Source: Candidatus Pacearchaeota archaeon (GTDB lineage Archaea > Nanobdellota > Nanobdellia > Pacearchaeales > GW2011-AR1). Taken from it: a stretch of 42,636 nucleotides of DNA. A program made the translations under genes and the position numbers. The notes beneath the pieces were generated by a model. It was given only the letters and a program-made list of their open reading frames with translations. It was not told where the DNA came from and ran no database searches. Of this stretch, positions 27,561 through 36,351 are shown piece after piece (within the stretch, counting starts at the first letter, position 1; each line of letters starts with the position of its first letter). The stretch is taken from contig JAGVWR010000016.1 in NCBI GenBank assembly GCA_018304205.1, forward strand, positions 1 to 42,636. The letters run 5' to 3'.

Positions 27561-27581
27561 TAAAGCTTTCAGAAAGCTTTA
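27561..27581. promoter_or_regulatory. Perfect 10+1+10 palindrome TAAAGCTTTC-A-GAAAGCTTTA overlapping the pilin-operon BRE/TATA
   Basis: The right arm continues into CTTTAATTAT (27577-27586), centred ~25 nt upstream of ATG 27607. The left arm is the mirror-image box on the other strand. Confidence 0.55.
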
Positions 27582-27606
27582 ATTATCTCTTTTTGTTAAA
27601 ACTTAA

Positions 27607-28113
27607 ATGAACAAAAGGGGGCAGGATGTTTTTGGGATGTCTTTTGGAATGATTTTTGGAATTATTATTATTGCCGCTATAATTGCTGTAGCATTTTATG
27701 TTATAGCCCACTTCTTGAATTTGCAGAAATGTACAGATACTAGTTTGCTTTATAATGATTTACAAAATGAAGTAGATAAAGCATGGAAATCTACAAATTA
27801 TCAGGATACTTTCTCTGTTAAATTGCCTTCAGGAATTGATTTTGTTTGTTTTGGTTTTCTAAATCAGTCTGCATCAAATTTAAATGATAGAGAAAAACAA
27901 GATTCACTTGATGAAGAATACTCTTCTAGAAGCAAGGATAACTTGTTTTTGTATCCTGCTAAAAAAACATGTAACTTAGATCTCGGAGCTAATAAAATAA
28001 ATCATGTCGAGATTAATGGATTTTTCTGCGTGGAAAAAGAAAACGGAAAACTAGATGTAAAATTATCAAAGAGTAGCAGTGAGGCTCTAGTTAAAATATT
28101 AAATGATAAATAA
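27607..28113 (+). CDS. Prepilin-like protein with class III signal peptide (168 aa)
   Basis: MNKRGQ/DVFGMSFGMIFGIIIIAAIIAV: basic residues, G-Q, then a hydrophobic helix. Cys-containing extracytoplasmic domain. Confidence 0.65.
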   Translation: MNKRGQDVFGMSFGMIFGIIIIAAIIAVAFYVIAHFLNLQKCTDTSLLYNDLQNEVDKAWKSTNYQDTFSVKLPSGIDFVCFGFLNQSASNLNDREKQDSLDEEYSSRSKDNLFLYPAKKTCNLDLGANKINHVEINGFFCVEKENGKLDVKLSKSSSEALVKILNDK

Positions 28114-29053
28114 AAAAGGATTTGAGTTTAGCTTTGCATGGTTATTTGCCATAATTGTTGGAGCAGCCATAATATTCTTCGCTATTTATGCGACAACAAA
28201 TTTAATTTCTACTGAGAGAAGAGTTGGGGATAGTGAAAGTGCAAAACAGATTGGAATACTGCTGAGTCCGATTGAAACAAGTTTGGAAGATGTAAAAACT
28301 GCTGAAATTACATTTCCAACTGAAACAAGACTGCTAAATGATTGTTATGAGAAAGGTAATTTTGGAAGGCAGAATATACAGGTATCAAGTAAACTTGGGG
28401 TTGGAAAAGAGTTTGATTTTCCTGGAGAGCCAAGTACATTTTATAATAAATACATATTTTCAGAAGAGATTGTGCAGGCAAAAAGGATGAAAGTTTTTGC
28501 AAGACCTTTCTCTTTCCCATTTAAAGTGGCAGATCTCACTTTTATTTTTAATGCGGATAGAACTATCTGTTTTATTAATCCTCCTGGTGAAATTGAAGAA
28601 GAGATGACTGACTTAAATCTTGAAAATATAAAGATTGTGGACTCTTTGGACGAATGCGACGAAGGAAGAAAAATTTGTTTTGATCTTGTAAATAGAAATT
28701 GCGATGCAGAGGTATCTACCTTAAGTAATAGTGTTAAGATAGATAATAAAATAATGTATTATGGTGATGATTTTGACAACGCTCTTCTTTATGGAACAAT
28801 ATTTTCAACACCAGAAATTTATGAGTGTCAGTTAAAAAGGTTGATGAAAAGGACGAGTGAACTATCTTTGTTATATCTTGAAAAAACAGAATATTTGACT
28901 GCAAAGGGATGCAGTTCTAATCTTGAGTCTGGTCTAAGAACTCTTGCAGACGGTTCTGCTGCTATTAATAGCTCGTTCGGAATAAGAAATTTGGAAACAA
29001 CAGCAGATGAACTGGGGAGGAGAAATGCACAGCTTATATGCAGATTATTCTAA
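28103..29053 (+). CDS. Prepilin-like protein with class III signal peptide (316 aa)
   Basis: MINKKG/FEFSFAWLFAIIVGAAIIFFAIY, followed by a Cys-rich soluble domain. Overlaps the upstream gene by 11 nt. Confidence 0.65.
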   Translation: MINKKGFEFSFAWLFAIIVGAAIIFFAIYATTNLISTERRVGDSESAKQIGILLSPIETSLEDVKTAEITFPTETRLLNDCYEKGNFGRQNIQVSSKLGVGKEFDFPGEPSTFYNKYIFSEEIVQAKRMKVFARPFSFPFKVADLTFIFNADRTICFINPPGEIEEEMTDLNLENIKIVDSLDECDEGRKICFDLVNRNCDAEVSTLSNSVKIDNKIMYYGDDFDNALLYGTIFSTPEIYECQLKRLMKRTSELSLLYLEKTEYLTAKGCSSNLESGLRTLADGSAAINSSFGIRNLETTADELGRRNAQLICRLF

Positions 29054-29546
29054 AAAAGGACAAGTAAAAATACAGCAAATGGCTTTTGTCTTAGTGGCTA
29101 TAATGATTTTCTTTGGTCTTGTTTCACTTTTTTACTTTTCTATAAGGATCGCTAACCTTGAACAGAGTGCAGTTTCACTAAAAGAGGAAGATGCTAAAGA
29201 ACTTGTAAGAAAACTGTCTTCCTCTCCTGAATTTATTTTTTCTGCTAATGATTGCTCAAATTGCATCGATCTTGATAAAGTTCTAATTTTGGGAGAAAGA
29301 AGAGCATATGAGAATTTCTGGAAACTTGACTATTTAGAGATTGAAAAAGTGGTTTCTAAGACAGATAAACAGTGCAATAGAGGGAATTATCCTGATTGCA
29401 AGTTTATAAAAGTCGTAAATGAAACAAACGACTACGGAAGTGTTGTTTCTGCTTTTGTTTCATTATGTTATTGGGAGAGTAATAAAGGAGGATATGTTAA
29501 ATGCGAGCTTGGGAGAATACATGTGTCTGGGGAGGGAATAAAATGA
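29025..29546 (+). CDS. Prepilin-like protein with class III signal peptide (173 aa)
   Basis: GGAGG lies 5 nt upstream of ATG 29025. Sequence MHSLYADYSKKGQ/VKIQQMAFVLVAIMIFFGLV, with CSNC and paired Cys in the C-domain. Confidence 0.6.
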   Translation: MHSLYADYSKKGQVKIQQMAFVLVAIMIFFGLVSLFYFSIRIANLEQSAVSLKEEDAKELVRKLSSSPEFIFSANDCSNCIDLDKVLILGERRAYENFWKLDYLEIEKVVSKTDKQCNRGNYPDCKFIKVVNETNDYGSVVSAFVSLCYWESNKGGYVKCELGRIHVSGEGIK

Positions 29547-30046
29547 GAATAAATAAGAAAGGACAGGAAGAAATAGTTGGATTTGTACTTGTTATAGTCC
29601 TTGTGGCCGTTATTTTCTTGATATTCGTAGGTATCTTCGTTAGACAGGACTCTAACTCAACAAGACAGGAGAGTATAGAAGTGTACCAGTTTTTAGATTC
29701 ATTTATGCAGCACACAAGCGAATGTGCTATAGGGTTTGAACCTGCTTATTCTAATGTTGGAGAATTAATTCAGCAATGTTACTCTAACTCTGAGTGTACT
29801 ACTGGGAAATCTGCTTGCAGCATTCTGAACGATACTCTTGAAGAAATATTGGATTTAAGCTGGAATGTTGGAGAAGACAGACCAATAAAAGGGTATATCT
29901 TTGAGGCTAAATTTGATTCCAATTTGAGTTCAAATAACATTATTGAGGTTAAAAGGGGTGAATGTGGACAAAGCGTGAGGGGTTCTGAATACTTGATACC
30001 TGCATTTCCCGGAACTATTGTAAGTTCATTTAACTTATGCTTTTAA
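29543..30046 (+). CDS. Prepilin-like protein with class III signal peptide (167 aa)
   Basis: ATGA overlap with the upstream stop and GGAGGG Shine-Dalgarno-like sequence. Sequence MRINKKGQ/EEIVGFVLVIVLVAVIFLIF, with a Cys-rich C-domain. Confidence 0.65.
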   Translation: MRINKKGQEEIVGFVLVIVLVAVIFLIFVGIFVRQDSNSTRQESIEVYQFLDSFMQHTSECAIGFEPAYSNVGELIQQCYSNSECTTGKSACSILNDTLEEILDLSWNVGEDRPIKGYIFEAKFDSNLSSNNIIEVKRGECGQSVRGSEYLIPAFPGTIVSSFNLCF

Positions 30047-30052
30047 TAATTC

Positions 30053-30412
30053 TTAAATGCTTATTTGGAGGTATATGGAGTCCACAACTATTACTGGTTT
30101 AAGTCTTTCTCTTTTACCTGTTTTTTCTGAAAGCATGTCAATAAATCCAAACCTTTCAAGAAGTTTTATATCTTCTGAAACAGATTTAAAGTCCCTTTTT
30201 AGTATTTTTGCCAGCTCATAAATAGATTTTGGATTTTTTGTTTTAATTGTATGGAGAATTTTTGCTTTTTGGTTACTTAATAATTTTCTTAGTGCTGAAA
30301 GACCTTCAAAATCATATTCTTCCTGCTCTCCTGAGAATCTTTTAAAGAAAGTGTTGAAAGTTCCTGCTTTATCGACGATAGTTATTTCCCTTGTTTTTGT
30401 TCTTTGAGCCAT
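30053..30412 (-). CDS. Winged helix-turn-helix DNA-binding protein (putative transcriptional regulator)
   Basis: KILHTIKTKNPKSIYELAKILKRDFKSVSEDIKLLERFGFI is a typical ArsR/MarR-like wHTH core; 119 aa. Confidence 0.55.
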   Translation of the reverse strand: MAQRTKTREITIVDKAGTFNTFFKRFSGEQEEYDFEGLSALRKLLSNQKAKILHTIKTKNPKSIYELAKILKRDFKSVSEDIKLLERFGFIDMLSEKTGKRERLKPVIVVDSIYLQISI

Positions 30413-30565
30413 ATTGTTATATTAATAACTACTTCTGTATTTATATGTTTTTATTCATTAGATAAATAGATATATCTAAATTAAAATACCCTATATAGAC
30501 CCATTTCCTACTTTTTCAATTTTTTTTGTTTTCAAAAATATTGTATTAAATCGTAGTAACAACAC

Positions 30566-30578
30566 AAACTTTATAAAT
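30566..30578 (+). promoter_or_regulatory. BRE/TATA-like box AAACTTTATAAAT of the S-layer gene
   Basis: Identical 13-mer to 270-282. Its position predicts a transcription start near 30600-30605 and a ~165-nt 5' UTR. Confidence 0.5.
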
Positions 30579-30660
30579 AAAAAAATAGGTCTCTTCGACA
30601 CTACTTTCGTTTAATCCTCTTTTTAGGGAAAGCTTTTTAAAGGCACTTGGATTTTAGTAT

Positions 30661-30740
30661 CTTAACCTTAGGCTTATATGCCATGACGGATCTTAATTGA
30701 TCTCCTCAAAGAGGTGCCCTGCGGGGCTGTCAAGGTTAAG
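30661..30740 (+). promoter_or_regulatory. Structured 5' UTR element of the S-layer mRNA
   Basis: A 9-bp closing stem pairs CTTAACCTT (30661-30669) with AAGGTTAAG (30732-30740). It encloses small GC hairpins (CCTC-aaa-GAGG; GCCC-tgcg-GGGC), with AAGGAGG further downstream. Confidence 0.5.
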
Positions 30741-30768
30741 AGCTGAAAGGAGGTTTTATAAAAAGAGT

Positions 30769-33387
30769 ATGTTAATAAATTTCAGAAAAATTGCATCTGT
30801 GCTAAGTAGCGCATTAATGATTGGTTCTACAGTCGGTTTGGCTGCAGCCGCAAACTATCCAGCTCCTTTCATTTCAGGAGGGAATGCTGATGTTGCTGTT
30901 GTATACGGATCAACTGCTGCAACTACAGACTTAGTTGCTGTTACCGATGTTACTGCTAACTTACAAGCTGCTTTAGCAGCTCAGACTGCAACTACTGGAA
31001 CAACAGGCGGAGGATCTGTTAGTGGAGAGGCCGCACCATTATTTACTAGTGGTACAAAATTGTATATCAACGATAGTTTAAATGCTGTAAAAAGTATTTT
31101 AACTGAGACTGAACTTCCAACATTGTTGGCTGACGGAACTTTCTCAGGAAACGTTGATGCTACATATACGCAATCTTTGATACTTGGAACAAATCCATCA
31201 GTAACATTTGCAAAGCAACCAACAAGTTCAGATGATCCTGAATTTGGTTTGACAATGAGTACAACTCAAGCAAACTATATTTACAATGCAACAGTTACTT
31301 TCAATAAAGTAGTTAATTTCACACATGGAGATTCCAAAGGTGAAGATATCACTTTGTTTGGACAAAGATTTACAATTGCATCCGCAACAGACAATACAAA
31401 TCTTGTATTGTTAAAAACAGCTGAGAAATTAAGTTTGACCAGCAATGATCCTACTGCTGAAGTTACACTAGAAGGCGCAACCTACACGGTTGAATTGGTT
31501 TCCGCATCTGATACTTCTGCGACAGTAAAAATTACAGACAGTAACGGAAATAGCGAAACTAAAGAAATCAATGAGAACGCATCTAAGACGATTAACGGAA
31601 TCACTGTTGCTATTACAAATGCAGACGAAACTAACTTAAAGTTATCTGCTTCAGTAATCGCAGGTGCTGAAAAAGTCACCTTAACAGACGGTAGTTCTGT
31701 AACAATTGGGGAAGATGCTGATGTCATTGATGGAACCTTAGCAACATTCTCAAACGCAAGTATTGCATCCGGAACAACAAAGCTTACATTAAGCGTTGTT
31801 GCACCTAACTCTGATGAAGACGCTATCTTGCCAGGAAAGACGTTTATGGATCCTGTCTTTGGAAGTTTCAAAATAGACTTCGCAGGATTAAATATTCCTC
31901 AGGATAATGATGCGAGAGAAACTTTCAGTTTCAATCCATCAGGAGATGATAAAATGGAACTTACATTTACCGATTATAGAGGTAGTGAAAAGAACGTCCA
32001 ATACGCTAGAAACGTTAGCGGATTCAATGTCTTACAAGTAGATTCAGACGGAAGAAATATGAGCGTATTTGAGGCTGCTAGAACTTACAGAAATGAATAT
32101 ATAGTTGTCGGAAATGAAGATGAAGGATACTTGTTAAGAGTTTCCCAAATCACAAACCAAACAACTGGTTTCACGGACGATAAAATAAGATTCGTTGACG
32201 TAATGTCAGGTGGTACTTATGACGCTACGACTCCTTCTGCCGAAGGAACAACAACTGTTACCGTCGGAGGAAAAGTATATTCTCTAACATATTTGGGAGC
32301 TTCCACTGCTTCAGAAGATACAAGATCGATAAGATTGAACTATCCTGATAGCACAGGAACTGGGGCTGCTGTTGTCTATCCAACAATACAAACTAGCAAA
32401 GGATCTAAATTGGCATTTTACAAGCCAATTAATATTACCTTAGCAAATTGGGATGGAGCAACAAACAACCTTACATCATTAAGATTCCCAGATGGAGATG
32501 GATATACAGACGTAGCTATAGTAGATGGAGCTGCTGGAGGAAACTTTAGCTTTGGAGGTTCAGAAGTAAACTTTACTTCAACAAGAAGCGCTGACGCTGC
32601 AGTTGGTAAATTGAGATATAATGCGACAAGCACTCAAATAAACCAATTGTACTTAAGATTGGAAAATCCAACCACGGGCGTTGTACTTGATGTACCTTCA
32701 GTTATTATCTTTGAAGAAAAAGATGATAACAGTGAACATCAGGCAATAGTAATCCCAATGGCAACCGACTCAACAAGTAGTAAAGTTGGAGTTAGTGCTG
32801 TGGTAAGAACATGGGGTGAGGGAGATTATCCTGCAGTTACCTTAGCAAGTGATAGTGATATCACTGAAGAGGCTGACTTGTGGGGTATAATTGCAACTAT
32901 TGATTCTAATGATGCAGATCAGAAGAAGGCAACAGTTACATATCCAGATGAGCAGATTTATGCTCAGCTTTATGTAGGTGAAGAAAGTTCTGCAATAACT
33001 GCAGGCACTACTTCAAGCGGAACAGTCAAAGAATTGGGAAGTGTTTCAGTTGCAGACTCAGAAGTGAGTTCAGTATCAGGTAAGAACTTGATAGTTATCG
33101 GTGGTAGTTGCGTAAATACAGAAGCTGCTAGTTTGCTAGGAGGCTCATCCGCAATATGCGGCGCTGACTGGGAGACTAAGACCGGAGTTGGATCTGGAAG
33201 CTTCTTGATCGAATCATTTAGTAGATCAGGAGGAAAAGTTGCAACATTAGTTGCAGGATACAATGCCGGAGATACATCAAAAGCTGCTAAGTACTTGACT
33301 ACACAGAAACCTGCTACAGACGCTGGCAAGAAATATGTTGGCTCAGTAGCTACAAGTGCTACACTAGTTGAGACACCATCAGCTTAG
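30769..33387 (+). CDS. S-layer protein (Methanococcales-type S_layer_MJ-like)
   Basis: AAGGAGG precedes ATG 30769. Signal peptide ..STVGLAAAANYPAPFISGGNADVAVVYGS, T/S/A/G-rich body with many N-x-S/T sequons, and C-terminal NLIVIGGSCVNTEAASLL. Confidence 0.8.
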   Translation: MLINFRKIASVLSSALMIGSTVGLAAAANYPAPFISGGNADVAVVYGSTAATTDLVAVTDVTANLQAALAAQTATTGTTGGGSVSGEAAPLFTSGTKLYINDSLNAVKSILTETELPTLLADGTFSGNVDATYTQSLILGTNPSVTFAKQPTSSDDPEFGLTMSTTQANYIYNATVTFNKVVNFTHGDSKGEDITLFGQRFTIASATDNTNLVLLKTAEKLSLTSNDPTAEVTLEGATYTVELVSASDTSATVKITDSNGNSETKEINENASKTINGITVAITNADETNLKLSASVIAGAEKVTLTDGSSVTIGEDADVIDGTLATFSNASIASGTTKLTLSVVAPNSDEDAILPGKTFMDPVFGSFKIDFAGLNIPQDNDARETFSFNPSGDDKMELTFTDYRGSEKNVQYARNVSGFNVLQVDSDGRNMSVFEAARTYRNEYIVVGNEDEGYLLRVSQITNQTTGFTDDKIRFVDVMSGGTYDATTPSAEGTTTVTVGGKVYSLTYLGASTASEDTRSIRLNYPDSTGTGAAVVYPTIQTSKGSKLAFYKPINITLANWDGATNNLTSLRFPDGDGYTDVAIVDGAAGGNFSFGGSEVNFTSTRSADAAVGKLRYNATSTQINQLYLRLENPTTGVVLDVPSVIIFEEKDDNSEHQAIVIPMATDSTSSKVGVSAVVRTWGEGDYPAVTLASDSDITEEADLWGIIATIDSNDADQKKATVTYPDEQIYAQLYVGEESSAITAGTTSSGTVKELGSVSVADSEVSSVSGKNLIVIGGSCVNTEAASLLGGSSAICGADWETKTGVGSGSFLIESFSRSGGKVATLVAGYNAGDTSKAAKYLTTQKPATDAGKKYVGSVATSATLVETPSA

Positions 33388-33396
33388 TAAGAAGTG

Positions 33397-33450
33397 AAAA
33401 AAAATTTTTTTATTTTTTTTTTAATATTTTTTTATTTTTTCTATTATTAT
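33397..33450 (+). terminator. Oligo-T termination region after the S-layer gene
   Basis: An A8T7 palindrome is followed by several T6-T11 runs directly after the TAG at 33385-33387. Confidence 0.6.
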
Positions 33451-33525
33451 TTTTAGGAGTTAGTTAGAACTGGGGGCTAAAATAATTAGCGTAACATTTA
33501 TATTAGAAGATATTTTTACTAAAAT

Positions 33526-34266
33526 ATGGGAAAGTTAATTGCAATCGGCGGGGGAGAAATAAAAGATTTAGATACCTTCTCAATTGATAAGGAAATTGTT
33601 AAACTAACTGGTAAAAAACACCCTAAAGCTTTGTTTATTCCCACGGCTAGCGGGGATTCAGAAGGATATTGACAAACATTTCAAAAAGTATATGGCGAGA
33701 TGTTGAAGTGTAAGCCTGAAGTACTTTACTTACTAAGAGAGAACCTTACAAGAGAAGAAATTAAGGAAAAGATTCTAGGGGCTGATTTAATTTATGTGGG
33801 TGGGGGAAATACTATGAAAATGCTTAGAACATGGAGAAAGCATGGAGTAGATAAATTACTTGCAAAAGCGTATAAAAATGGAGTTGTTCTATCGGGTCTT
33901 AGTGCTGGAGCTATTTGTTGGTTTGCATATGGTTGTAGCGACTCACGTAGATTTTCTAACCCTGATGATGCCTCTTTTATGAAGATCAAGGGATTGAATC
34001 TGATAAACCTAACTGTAAGCCCACATCATATACGTGAGAAACATAGAGATAATGGTCTTGTTAAATTGATGCGAAATACTTCAGGAGTTGCGGTTGCGCT
34101 TGATGATAACTGTGCTATTGAAATTGTCGATGATAAATATAGGATGCTCGTATCAAAAAAAGGAGTTGGAGCAAAGAAAGTTTATTATTCAAAAGGAAAA
34201 TCATATAAAAATAAAATAATTATTGATACTAAATATAGTCCTATTTCTGATCTATTAAAAAAATAA
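33526..34266 (+). pseudogene. Peptidase S51 (dipeptidase E/cyanophycinase-like) gene interrupted by in-frame TGA at 33670-33672
   Basis: MGKLIAIGGGE..ALFIPTASGDSEGY-TGA-QTFQKVY.. continues in the same frame into ORF 33700-34266. That ORF carries GGGNT, nucleophile LSGLSAGAICW and SPHH. Confidence 0.75.
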
Positions 34267-34418
34267 TTATGTCAAAGTGCTGATGCAGGAAACCTTGCAC
34301 TTTGAACATCCAGAAGTCTCAAACAAACCATGATTTCAAGTCACGGTAAACGAAAAGACTTCTTGATTATAGAATTAACCTGCAATAGGTTTTTAAATAC
34401 CGTATTTGATAATTTGTG

Positions 34419-34979
34419 ATGAAGATTATAGAAAGTGAGGAGACAAAAGAGAAAAGAAGAAAGAGAAACAGTAAATTTATTACGATCTTACTTTTATTCA
34501 TTCTTTTAGCGAGTACTGCGGGGTTTGCTTTTTCATATAACTCTCTAAATGATTCTACTTCTGGATTAAATATAGAAGAAGGAAAGGCAATTTATGACGA
34601 ATCAACTCAACGATGGTATTTGAGATTAAGTGGTCAAGATTTTGTTTTCTATAACTCTCCAGATAGTATGCAAGATGTACAAATAGATTCGACTAAAGTG
34701 CTTGGAGATTATTATGGAAAAACCTTATATATACAAAGTAGTAATGAACTTATATTTAATGAAATAAGCTCCTCTCTTGGAAGATTTAGTTCAAGAGTGC
34801 AAAAGGCATGTTACGGTGAATGTGAAGAGAATTTACCTATAAAAACGTGCACAGATAACTTTATAATCATTAATAACTCAGAAAATAATATAATAAGACA
34901 GGATAATGGGTGCATTTTTATCGATGGAAACATGGAAACCGTTGACGCGTTTTTATATAATACTCTTGGAATAAATTAA
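34419..34979 (+). CDS. Membrane-anchored hypothetical protein (Lys/Arg-rich N-terminus, one TM, Cys-containing ectodomain)
   Basis: KEKRRKRNSKFITILLLFILLASTAGFAF anchor. ATG at 34419 is preferred over the GTG at 34416. Confidence 0.55.
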   Translation: MKIIESEETKEKRRKRNSKFITILLLFILLASTAGFAFSYNSLNDSTSGLNIEEGKAIYDESTQRWYLRLSGQDFVFYNSPDSMQDVQIDSTKVLGDYYGKTLYIQSSNELIFNEISSSLGRFSSRVQKACYGECEENLPIKTCTDNFIIINNSENNIIRQDNGCIFIDGNMETVDAFLYNTLGIN

Positions 34980-34980
34980 A

Positions 34981-35670
34981 ATGGAAAAAAAGGCAAGAAA
35001 AAAGGGGAAAACCTCTGGGAAGAAAGAGGAAAAAATAGGAAAAAAGGTTGATAATACAAAACAGCTTTATTGGATATTTGGAACTATGGCCTTCCTAATA
35101 GTTGTACTGCTGATTTCATCTTCTGTTTTTCAAAGCCTAAATAGGTTTGAATATGAAGGACTAATTTTTACTAAAGAAAGGTTTGGAGAAATCCCCGTAT
35201 TTCACCATTATTATTTTTATAACTATAACGGGCAACAGTATAAATTTAATTTATACTTAAGAAATGATCCGAGGTCTAACGAGATTCCTATAAATTCTGA
35301 GATAGAATATCCCTTAGGTAAATTTGCTTATATCAGCACAAATATAACTGGACTTGAAGAATGCCCTCAAACGACACTTGCAGTTGCTACTTTATCTGCT
35401 TTTCTTACAAATAATCAGATAATTCCTAAGGGAGCTACTTTTAACAGAGAAGAGGCTGCAAGTTTAGATGTAGAATATGTTGACTGTGGCACTTACACTG
35501 ACAGAACAACTATATTAATTCAGGATGGAAGCGAAACAAAGATTGAACAAAAAACAGAAATGTGCCATGTTATTACAGTAAGCAATTGTCAAATACTGTT
35601 AGCTATAGAAAAGTTTGAAGTTAAATCTATTTTAGACGCCAGAGAAAGAGCAAGAATAGAAAAGAGTTAG
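34981..35670 (+). CDS. Membrane-anchored hypothetical protein with the same architecture as its upstream neighbour
   Basis: [21 protein letters not shown]-terminus, [22 protein letters not shown], and Cys-containing ectodomain. Confidence 0.55.
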   Translation: MEKKARKKGKTSGKKEEKIGKKVDNTKQLYWIFGTMAFLIVVLLISSSVFQSLNRFEYEGLIFTKERFGEIPVFHHYYFYNYNGQQYKFNLYLRNDPRSNEIPINSEIEYPLGKFAYISTNITGLEECPQTTLAVATLSAFLTNNQIIPKGATFNREEAASLDVEYVDCGTYTDRTTILIQDGSETKIEQKTEMCHVITVSNCQILLAIEKFEVKSILDARERARIEKS

Positions 35671-36308
35671 ATATTATTTCTGTTTTTTAATGTTTTTATA
35701 ACCTGAATTATTACTGGTATTAATGATATGATTATTATAATTAGGATAAAAATGCTAAAATTATCTTTTATTAAAGGTATATTTCCGAATAGGTACCCAC
35801 CAAGAACAAATATTAATACCCATGATAAAGCGCCAATTATATTGTAAACAATAAATTTTGAGTAACTCATACTTCCTAGACCTGCAACGAATGGGGCAAA
35901 TGTTCTTATTATTGGAATAAACCTGGCTATTATTATTGTCTTGCCTCCATGTTTACGATAAAATTCTTCTGTCGAAGCTAAATGTTTACGATTTAACCAT
36001 CTTGCATCTTCTTTAAAAGTATTTCTTCCAAAATAATTTCCTACAGAATAATTGATGCTATCTCCTAAAATTGCTGCAATGATCAATGTAATAAGCAAGA
36101 CTGGGAGGTTTAAACTGCCAATTGCTGCAAAGGCTCCTGCTGAAAACAGAAGAGAATCACCTGGAAGAAAAGGAGTAACAACTAGACCGGTTTCAAGGAA
36201 AATTATCAAAAATAAGATTAAATATACTAAAATACCATATTTTATTATGATTGAATTTAGATATTGATCTAGGTGTAATACAAAATCAATAAAAAACATT
36301 AAATTCAT
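35667..36308 (-). CDS. DedA-family membrane protein
   Basis: [17 protein letters not shown] and [22 protein letters not shown] signatures. Confidence 0.85.
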   Translation of the reverse strand: MNLMFFIDFVLHLDQYLNSIIIKYGILVYLILFLIIFLETGLVVTPFLPGDSLLFSAGAFAAIGSLNLPVLLITLIIAAILGDSINYSVGNYFGRNTFKEDARWLNRKHLASTEEFYRKHGGKTIIIARFIPIIRTFAPFVAGLGSMSYSKFIVYNIIGALSWVLIFVLGGYLFGNIPLIKDNFSIFILIIIIISLIPVIIQVIKTLKNRNNI

Positions 36309-36351
36309 TTATTTTTTAAGACTTGGAAGTTTTTAAATCTCTTCTCAAATA

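Noticed and set aside
33670-33672. Genome-wide TGA reassignment (Trp or Gly) as the explanation for the in-frame TGA.
   Set aside because: TGA terminates several well-supported genes in the window at the expected protein ends. These include RNase J at 22468-22470, AglB, AglH, the HtrA-like protease and the GT-C gene at 11817-11819.
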